DNA from: Tubiluchus corallicola
Lineage: Eukaryota > Animalia > Priapulida
Length of the DNA stretch: 28,449 nt
Assembly: GCA_030141605.1 (NCBI GenBank)
Contig: JAQGDQ010001705.1
Span: 1 to 28,449 of the forward strand
Direction of reading: 5' to 3'
Made by a program: the position numbers and the translations under genes. This document shows, piece after piece, positions 10,873 through 21,100 of this stretch. The notes beneath the pieces were generated by a model that had not been told where the DNA came from, searched no databases, and saw nothing but the letters and a program-made list of their open reading frames with translations. Position 1 is the first letter of the stretch. Every line of letters starts with the position of its first letter.

Positions 10873-12556
10873 CACCACTCACAGTTGTTCCTGGAGATAA
10901 ACTGTGCGAACAATCCACCGTTCACAGTTGTTCCCGGGGATAAACTGTGCGAACAATCCACCGTTCACAGTTGTTCCCGGGGATAAACTGTGCGAACAAT
11001 CCACCGTTCACAGTTGTTCCCGGGGATAAACTGTGCGAACAATCCACCGTTCACAGTTGTTCCTGGAGATAAACTGTGTGAACAATCCACCGTTCACAGT
11101 TGTTCCCGGGGATAAACTGTGTGAACAATCCACCGTTCAAAGTTGTTCCCGGAGAAAAACTGCGTGAACAATCCACCGTTCACAGTTGTTCCCGGAGATA
11201 AACTGTGTGAACAGTCCACCGCTCACAGTTGTTCCCGGAGATAAACTGCGTGAACAATCCACCGTTCACAGTTGTTCCCGGAGAAAAACTGTGTGAACAA
11301 TCCACCGTTCACAGATGTTCCCGGGGATAAACTGTGTGAACAATCCACCGTTCACAGTTGTTCCCGGGGATAAACTGTGCGAACAATCCACCGTTCACAG
11401 TTGTTTCTGGAGATAAACTGTGTGAACAATCCACTGTTCACAGTTGTTCCCGGGGATAAACTGTGCGAACAATCCACCATTCACAGTTGTTCCCAGGGAT
11501 AAACTGTGTGAACAATCCACCGTTCACAGTTGTTCCCGGGGATAAACTGCTTGAACAATCCACCATTCACAGTTGTTCCTGGGGATAAACTGTGCAAACA
11601 ATCCACCCGTTCACAGTTCCCGGGGATAAACTGTGTGAACAATCCACCGTTCACAGTTGTTCCCGGAGATAAACTCTGTGAAGAATCCACCGTTCACAGT
11701 TGTTCCCATGGATAAACTCTGTGAACAATCCACCGTTCACAGTTGTTTCTGGAGATAAACTGTGTGAACAATCCACTGTTCACAGTTGTTCCCGGGGATA
11801 AACTGTGCGAACAATCCACCATTCACAGTTGTTCCCAGGGATAAACTGTGCGAACAATCCACCATTCACAGTTGTTCCCAGGGATAAACTGTATGAACAA
11901 TCCACGGTTCACAGTTGTTCCCGGGGATAAACTGTGTGAACAATCCACCCGTTCACAGTTGTTCCCGGGGATAAACTGTGTGAACAATCCACCCGTTCAC
12001 AGTTGTTCCCGGGGATAAACAGTGTGAACAATCCACCGTTCACAGTTGTTCACGGAGATAAACTCTGTGAAGAATCCACCGTTCACAGTTGTTCCCGGGG
12101 ATAACTTCCCAGGGATAAACTCTGTGAACAATCCACCATTCACAGTTGTTCCCAGGGATAAACTGTGTGAACAATCCACCGTTCACAGTTGTTCCCGGGG
12201 ATAAACTGCTTGAACAATCCACCATTCACAGTTGTTCCTGGGGATAAACTGTATGAACAATCCATGGTTCACAGTTGTTCCCGGGGATAAACCCTGTGAA
12301 CAATCGACCGTTCACAGTTGTTCCCGGGGATAAACTGCTTGAACAATCCACCATTCACAGTTGTTCCTGGGGATAAACTGTATGAACAATCCACGGTTCA
12401 CAGTTGTTCCCGGGGATAAATCCTGTGAACAATCCACCGTTCACAGTTGTTCCCGGTGATAAACTGTGTGAACAATCCACCATTCACAGTTGTTCCCGGA
12501 GATAAACTGTGTGAACAATCCACCGTTCACTGTTGTTCCTGGGGATGAACTGTGTA
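10873..12556. repeat. 43-bp internally palindromic satellite, ~39 copies
   Basis: Unit CCACCGTTCACAGTTGTTCCCGGGGATAAACTGTGTGAACAAT, head-to-tail with no unique spacers. Confidence 0.97.
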
Positions 12557-13109
12557 TTACATGTATGAACATGGGTGCCAGCAGGTGGATTCACTGACGC
12601 ACGTACGTCTACAGAATTTCCTAAATTAAAAAAAAAATATGGCTAAATAAAATTTTTTAGCAGTAAACCTAGAACTCTTGTTTGTTTGAACAATAGTGAG
12701 TTTTAAACTAGCGAACTTGCCCGAGGAAACAGCTTCTAGCAACAGCAAAACGTCTAAAATGCAGTAAAATGCAAGTGCGGCCCAGACGTTCAGCCGTTTA
12801 GCTGTGTCTGGTGCAAAAAAATAGCACGCCGCAAACTGATTAAATTTTGTATGAACAGTGGGTGGGCTGTAAACTTAAGATTATCAAATCAGTTTTATGT
12901 TTGACTATCCACCTTATCATTATCATTTATCATAGAATATCATTTTAGCGATTACTTCTAGTTGCCATAACGAAACCCAGAAACATTTAGTGCATATTTC
13001 CTGTACATTTAAATTTACTGTATTTTACTGTACGATGTAGTATACAGTTTGAGTTTAGAGAGCAACCTGAAACACGTGCGTTCGTCTCCGTTGCTGAACC
13101 AATGAACAC

Positions 13110-13435
13110 AGTACATTAGTACTACAGTAAGGAACATGATATTTAGGATTTGCTGTAATGGGATTTGCAAAGGAAGTGGGAAACAAGGTGTAGTATGTCT
13201 TGTACATATAAATAGACAAGTGATATATAACCAAGTCTTCGAGAATTATTATACCGCATTCATTAAATAAGGACATACCAACAGTGGTACGTTTAGATAA
13301 ATTGTTTTATATTCTTATAAACTTTCTTTGATGGCTAGATAAGCTTATAAAGTTGGATGGATAAGATGTACCCCATATAATGCAGAAATAAGTAATACCG
13401 ATGAATTATAAAGTGTTATAAGATGAGATCTGTGT
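13110..13435 (-). mobile_element. Degenerate 3' part of a CR1/L2-group (Crack-like) LINE ORF2
   Basis: The minus strand reads YNTL*FIGITYFCIIWGTSYPSNF...QRKFIRI*...SLFNECGIIILEDLVIYHLSIYMYK, resembling the post-RT Y...WG...LQKRAIRI...PLF...FMYK region; contains stops. Confidence 0.72.
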
Positions 13436-13558
13436 AATTTATATCCGGGCCTTCCCCATGAATGCTTCCATGGATACATGTATGTTTATGTGTGTTTACA
13501 TCATCGGTTGTTGTGTAATTACTGGTTTTAATTAAGGATCACCTTAGCAGTTTTATGC

Positions 13559-13900
13559 CTGGGTAGATAATCTTGACACTAAATAAATTAAGCTTAAGTA
13601 AGGGGTCAACCACATTTCAATGCATTACGAACTTGCTTTTAATGCTGGGTAGATAATCTTGACACTAAATAAATTAAGCTTAAGTAAGGGGTCAACCACA
13701 TTTCAATGCATTACGAACTTGCTTTTAATGCTGGGTAGATAATCTTGACACTAAATAAATTAAGCTTAAGTAAGGGGTCAACCACATTTCAATGCATTAC
13801 GAACTTGCTTTTAATGATGGGTAGATAATCTTGACACTAAATAAATTAAGCTTAAGTAAGGGGTCAACCACATTTCAATGCATTACGAACTTGCTTTTAA
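13559..13900. repeat. Near-perfect 86-bp tandem repeat x4
   Basis: GGGTAGATAATC starts at 13561, 13647, 13733 and 13819. Confidence 0.96.
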
Positions 13901-15065
13901 GATATATGATACAAAGTGTTGGTAAATTTGTCAAAGTGGAATATTTTAATTTTTGTGGAAGTCCATGTAGCACAATTTAGAAGTCATTTGAGGCCTCCAA
14001 AATGTGCTTAAAGGCAGGAAAATGCATCGTTGGCCGGGGTGACCTGCCTGTGTGTCAAATTTTTTAAACTCTGGAGGCACCCATGTTGATGAAAGAGGTT
14101 TGAAGAAGCCTGTTGAGGGGCAAAACGAGGAAAATGTTAAAATGATTAGTGGCATGAATAACGATACCTCACAAGGATATTTCAGTGCTTACACAGCTTG
14201 AACAGTCCAACTTGAATTTTCTACATCTATGTGTACATTGCGTATCATCATGTATTCTTTTCTCTATCACAATGAAATAATTGCACCTGTAATTAACCGA
14301 CTAGAACATCTCACCTGATATTCAAAAGCAGAGAAATTCCTATTCTCAGGTTGCTTCTCGACATCAATCTCAAGTCATAAACCAGTTTATAGGTTGAATC
14401 TATTTAATTCATTAAATTAAATTAAATGATTATCTATCTGCTGTTAAATGCAAGATAGTTTCGTTCTAAACATATTGCGTGAGTTGAGAGAGAGAAGACA
14501 AAGGAGAGAAAGTTAGAGGAACTACTGTGTTTTCGTATAACAACTTCCAAACCCAGAACTTGAGTCACACAAGTTTGATTTGGTAAACAGGAGATGGCAA
14601 GAGTATACAGCTTGATTTCTCAGGTCGGAGATTTATAAATGGGAACTGGAGAGAGGAACAGTGCAGATTTGCAGTCAGTAAAATAAGCTTGGTAGTCTCA
14701 TAAACGTTCAGTTTGGAGATTCTTCAAGAAGTTTGTTTTCAAGGAGAGTTTGTAAAGTCGCATTTAAGTAAGCTGTTTGTTAAATGATTATATGTTTTCT
14801 GTTAATTGCAAAATAGTTTCGTTCTACACATATTGCGCGAGTGTACCCTAGCTATTTATAGTAGTTTGTCCTAAATTCTTATTTCTTTAACTTTTATATT
14901 CTAATAACGCGTTGGAATGCTTTAACCGAAGTGGATTGCATTGTAATAATTCGAATGTATTGTTTAAATGTTAGAAGTGGAAAAACAGTCTTCGAGAATG
15001 CTTTGTTTTTGAACTGTCCTTAAAAATTTAAACACCGTTATGTATTATGCAGTAAAAATTTCGCA

Positions 15066-15120
15066 ATGATTGTTTCTGTCTGGTGCGCTGTTTGGCTCTT
15101 CTTGTGTCCATACTTCAATG
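15066..15120 (+). CDS. IgSF exon 1, signal peptide (MIVSVWCAVWLFLCPYFNG)
   Basis: ATG, then a hydrophobic stretch, then donor G|GTATGT (phase 1), joining to GVSS-MENI. Confidence 0.8.
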
Positions 15121-18100
15121 GTATGTAAAGATATTCACTGCCTCCATTCTTACTAAATTAAAAAAGGTTTTGTGATATTAGACTCTATATTACTTGTTGA
15201 GTAATTTCATGGATTTTAATGTTCAATGTTTAATTTATGCCTTTTCAAAAACCTAGCATTCTGTTCTGATCCTGGAGAGAAAGTGAGTGAATGAGTAAAT
15301 GAGAGGGAGAGGAGAGAAGGAGAGAGAGAGAAGAAGGTAGTGAATGAGAAACAGAGAAAGTGGGAGGTTGTTTTATGCACTCTCTTCAAATTTATCATTA
15401 ATCTGGGCAACAGCAAAGCAAGATTTTCGCCTTGCGCTGTCCAGAGGCATAATAGTAGTATCAGTAAAAATTTATATATAATGTTTTCTATGTCAAAATT
15501 TGGGATAATTTAATGCTTTTTTTTTGTAAATTATAATTGTAAGCTAGTATGCTCAGTAAATCTGGTAATAAATTCTAATTCTAATTCCAATATCACATAT
15601 TGACGTATAATGTGTGCGCAGCCAGTCTGCAAAGTTTGGAGATCACCACGTAAACTACTGTATTTGTCTTTTATGGTTTGCGTTTTGATTTCGACAATTC
15701 TTGCTGGATCATCTTTGTCGCTGCTGAAACTGAAACTTACTAAATGTTTTTGTGCAGGAGTTTCGTCTATGGAAAATATTCTGACACGACCAGAAGACAC
15801 TGTGATTCCTCAAGGCACGGACGGACTGGTCGCATGTGTACTTAATCCTCTTTACTGGATCGAGGTAAATCTATTTCACATATTTTGCACCTGACTAATA
15901 GGTGACAGATTATGTACTTAATCCTCTTTACTGGATCGAGGTAAATCTATTTCACATATTTTGCACCTGACTAATAGGTGATAGATTATGTACTTAATCC
16001 TCTTTACTGGATCGAGGTAAATATATTTCACATATTTTGCACCTGACTAATAGGTGATAAATTATGTACTTAATCCTCTTTACTGGATCGAGGTAAATAT
16101 ATTTCACATATTTTGCACCTGACTAATAGGTGACCTCATCAAAATATGAAGAGGCAGCAAAAGAAATTACAAATCTAGAAAACTAGTTAACTGTTTACCC
16201 AAAACTAGAAAACTGTTAGCCAATGTTTTACAGCAAAGCTCAGTCCACCTGCTGTAAGAATCTATGAGATCAAGAATTAAAATGGTAGTAGGCCTAATAC
16301 CAAAAAGACTCATTTTAACGATGCAAAAATATCAAAATACACTCCTGCCAGAACACAAAAAGCTTACAGCTAGAGAAAAGTCTGTCGGCATATCAGATTT
16401 GCAAGCAACGTCACAATTGCTGAACAAGGTTAGTGGACGTGGAGTTCTTCCAATAGGCTAGGTTGAGGTCTTTCTGCTGCTATTTTTCATTTAGGTATGT
16501 CGTAGTAAAATGGGGTTGCATGGTTTTAGTTTGCTGCCAATAACAATGACAAAACGTGATGAGCAAATTAAAGGCACAGGGTAATTTTGCTACAAAAGGG
16601 CACATAGCTAATTCAGTGTCGTAATTCAGCATTGTATAAGACTAAACCTAGCTTTTTGCAAAAAATATAAGTTCGCGAGAATTGTTTGTTGCTTCTGCTA
16701 TTGCGTATCATATCACAAAGAACAAACGTAACTGAGCGTTTCTTTTTTTCAAATTCTTCCATTATGCATAGGATCTAGACCATTTTAAGTGATCTGTCTA
16801 ATTCGCCTCCAGAACCACAACCACAATGTCATTAGCAATAAGAGGAGTGTGGGGAATTAAAAACCACAATGATATCTTGAATTTTACTAGCAAGAACTTT
16901 TCTCTGTTTATTTTGTTTATAGATATCGGCGTAGTGCAATTAGTACGAAAATTTACGAAACTAGAAAGTAAGCAAATTACAATGCAAATAGAAATATGGG
17001 TTGTGCAGTATTTGCTGCTGCTGGCAAGCAGGCTTAGATGGTCTCCATTGGTGCTCCTAATTTTTTCACATTTTTTGCTATTCCGTGAAAAACAAAAATG
17101 ATTGGAAGGTGTTTACAATTCCACACTGAATTTAACACCCTAACCCTATTCCTAACTCAAATGCTAACCCATACCCTAACCCTAACCCTAACCCTATCCA
17201 TGAACCTAATGCTAACTCTACCCAAGCCCAACCCTAAGCATAATCCTAATCCTATACCCCACCGTAATCCTAATCGTAACCTTTACCCTAAACCTCACTA
17301 AGCCAAACCCTAATCCTAGCCCTAACCCTAAACCGCTTCACGAACTAATTTTTTTGTGTGGGGAAGATGTCAACTTCAGCAGTGTTGTCTGTAATGATTA
17401 AATATAACGCAGGTTTCAAAAGTTACATGGTTTAAGAATGGCAAACCCTTTGAACCCAATTCTCACCTGAATCCAAGGTACAAACAATGGCTTATGGGCT
17501 TCAACTGTTCGTTGGTAATAAGGAATGCTAGCTTTGAGGAGGACAATGCCGACTTCTACATTCAACTTACTTATCGACCCCTTACAGGGAAAGGCATCGA
17601 GAAATCAAACGAGGCACGTGTGTTGGTACCAGGTAAACAATTTTAGAACTGTTAATTTGTGAGCGAGCAGAAGTTCTGGAAAACATTAGATTGCTCCAGA
17701 TTTTTCAGTTAGTAATAAATGCTCTGAAGCAATTATTGTTTGAAGCTTACCTGGGGTTATAAACGTCTTTCGATGTGTGCTCCATATTTAGTAACTTGTG
17801 TCACATTCAGGTTAAATAGCAAGTGTGAACGCCTTTGCAAGTTCTCTCTGAAGTTATTGCACAAGTTTTCTCTGAGAGTGAACTCGCAAGTGTGAATGCC
17901 TTTGCAAGTTCTCTCTGAAGTTATTGCACCAGTTTTCTCTGAGAGTGAACTCGCAAGTGAGAACCGCTTGGGCAAATTCTCTCTGAAGTTATTGCACAAG
18001 TTTTCTCTGAGAGTGAACTCGCAAGTGTGAATGCCTTTGCAAGTTCTCTCTGAAGTTATTGCACAAGTTTTCTCTGAGAGTGAACTCGCAAGTGTGAACG

Positions 18101-21100
18101 GCTTGGGCAAGTTCTCTCTGAAGTTATTGCACAAGTTTTCTCTGAGAGTGAACTCGCAAGTGTGAATGCCTTTGCAAGTTCTCTCTGAAGTTATTGCACC
18201 AGTTTTCTCTGAGAGTGAACTCGCAAGTGAGAACCGCTTGGGCAAATTCTCTCTGAAGTTATTGCACAAGTTTTCTCTGAGAGTGAACTCGCAAGTGTGA
18301 ATGGCTTGGGCAAGTTCTCTCTGAAGTTATTGCACAAGTTTTCTCTGAGAGTGAACTCGCAAGTGAGAATGGCTTTGCAAGTTCTCTCTGAAGTTATTGC
18401 ACAAGTTTTCTCTGAGATTGAACTCGCAAGTGAGAATGGCTTTGCAAGTTCTCTCTGAAGTTATTGCACAAGTTTTCTCTGAGAGTGAACTCGCAAGTGA
18501 GAATGGCTTTGCAAGTTCTCTCTGAAGTTATTGCACAAGTTTTCTCTGAGATTGAACTCGCAAGTGAGAATGGCTTTGCAAGTTCTCTCTGAAGTTATTG
18601 CACAAGTTTTCTCTGAGAGTGAACTCGCAAGTGAGAACGTCTTTGCAAGTTCTCTCGCAAGTTATTGCACAAGTTTTCTCTGAGAGTGAACTCGCAAGTG
18701 AGAACATCTTTGCAAGTTCTCTCGCAAGTTATTGCACAAGTTTTCTCTGAGAGTGAACTCGCAAGTGTGAACGGCTTGGGCAAGTTCTCTCTGAAGTTAT
18801 TGCACAAGTTTTCTCTGAGAGTGAACTCGCAAGTGAGAATGGCTTTGCAAGTTCTCTCTGAAGTTATTGCACCAGTTTTCTCTGAGAGTGAACTCGCAAG
18901 TGAGAATGGCTTTGCAAGTTCTCTCTGAAGTTATTGCACAAGTTTTCTCTGAGAGTGAACTCGCAAGTGAGAATGGCTTTGCAAGTTCTCTCTGAAGTTA
19001 TTGCACAAGTTTTCTCTGAGATTGAACTCGCAAGTGAGAATGGCTTTGCAAGTTCTCTCTGAAGTTATTGCACAAGTTTTCTCTGAGAGTGAACTCGCAA
19101 GTGAGAACGTCTTTGCAAGTTCTCTCGCAAGTTATTGCACAAGTTTTCTCTGAGAGTGAACTCGCAAGTGAGAACATCTTTGCAAGTTCTCTCGCAAGTT
19201 ATTGCACAAGTTTTCTCTGAGAGTGAACTCGCAAGTGTGAATGCCTTTGCAAGTTCTCTCGCAAGTTATTGCAAACATGGCGAAAGTTGTTGAGAGTTCT
19301 TACGGTCTTGCAAATCCGTTCTCACTTGCAAGTTTAGTCTCAGAGACAATTTGCTAGAAAACTTTCTAGTCTGAGCACACTAATGGTTCTCTACATGTCT
19401 TAAGCATTAATATTGTGCAATTTTACAATAGTTTCTTGCTACAAATGTACTGTTAAAACTTTTCATAGACTCAACTGCATTCATAATAATTAATATGACT
19501 ACATGATTAGCAATTTGCCACAGCACTTAATAAGATTACAGCCGAGGTTGCAATGCTCACGCACCTTCTCATGTTTGAACATTAATAAAAATTTCCAATA
19601 ACGAAATGTATTAATTCTCTGCTTTAAGACTTTATTACATAGTCTAAACTTAGAATAAACAACTTGTAGCCAATATATACGAGGTTTATTTCCTTTATTA
19701 GGCTTTAAAGAAATCAAAATGATGGTAAACGACGAAGAAGTACCCAGTGACGTCATTGTTTTACCTACTGGTCAGCATACACTTGTGTGTGAAATTACAA
19801 AATGCCGTCCTCGACCAGTCGTGCATTGGAAAATTGGTAGGACTTCCAGAAATCTATTCTACGAGATTTATTTACTGCAGCTTTGTAGTCGGTTTTGGTT
19901 TATCTCATTTTTGTTTTTTCCATTACTTTTTTATTTTGTTGAGCAATATTAATGCTAAGCACTCAGTAAGCTTATTGCATCTACCAAAATGAATGTTAGA
20001 ATTTTGAATAAGACGGCCAGTTGCATGTTGGAAAATTGGTGGGACTTGTAGAAAGCTTTTCTACGAGATTCATTTATCATTGTGGTTTGCAAGCTGGTTT
20101 GGGTTTTTGTTACTTTTGTTAATTAATTGATAAGGATTTAACTACTACTAAAAATCGTAAACCTACTACCAGACAAGGTCAAACTAAGTACGCAAACATG
20201 TTTTAAACTCAGAAATGATATTCTGTTTGACAGAATGATAGTACATTAAGTCCTAAGCTCTTACCTACTCAATGTGCCCGTTTAGTGAATAGTTCGCAAG
20301 GTGTTTGATGTTTCCTATTTTTATCTGTCTAGTTTTACTTGACTATATTGTTGGCGTCTTTTTACTCTTGTTGTAGATTGGGATTGGGATAAATTTGAAC
20401 TGTAATTTCTTTAGGTGAAAAAGATCTTACTCATTTAGCTAATAATCATGGTGATGGAGAAATGAGAATACCAATATTTGATGTTGTAAGTACACTGCAA
20501 TATACGTTTGAAGCAGAAGACAGCGGAAAAGAAGTTTTTTGCGAAATGTTTCTCCACGAAGAAGAAACGCCATTCGTAAAAAGGAAGTTAGATATTCTGT
20601 GTAAGTTTTTTTTTACTAAAGCAGATAGGTGTTTTGTTTTTCGTTTTTAATCCTAATTAAGTAGTGAAAGTATATGAAACAAACTACCAATGATAATATG
20701 TAAAATATACTCTTGTAATGATTGCAATAGAAATGGTGATTGTTATAATTATAGACACACTAATATAAAAACGATAAGTGTTTACAGTGGTACTAGCTGA
20801 GGAGTAGAAACAATAGAAGGAATAGTAGTATTCGTCTCTCTGTTTACAGATATGAAGGAGAATTCGATGCAAATAGTCACTGTGGATGGAACATTTGATA
20901 ACTATGCTGACAGAAACGATTTTCAGTTGGAATGTCAAGTGGATGCAAATCCTGAGCCTACATTCTTGTGGACGCTTCCCAATCTTACTGAAATCGTTGG
21001 CAAACGTCTTAAAATTGAAAAAGCCAGTCATGAAAGAACATACATCTGCACAGCTAGAAATGACATCAACAGTGCAACATTTCAGAAAACTATAAAGGGT

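Noticed and set aside
10873-12556. CRISPR array: the unit contains TGTTCCC and CGGGGATAAAC, resembling the ends of the E. coli type I-E repeat
   Set aside because: Units are head-to-tail with no unique spacers, no cas genes are present, and the context is spliceosomal eukaryotic. Treated as a coincidental palindrome.
15610-15757. Alternative signal peptide MVCVLISTILAGSSLS in frame with exon 2
   Set aside because: A better model uses the acceptor at 15757 and the phase-1 signal exon 15066-15120. An alternative start cannot be fully excluded.
17757-18928. Cys-containing repetitive ORFs (up to 170 aa)
   Set aside because: Translations of the 67-bp satellite; the Cys/His spacing is not zinc-finger-like.
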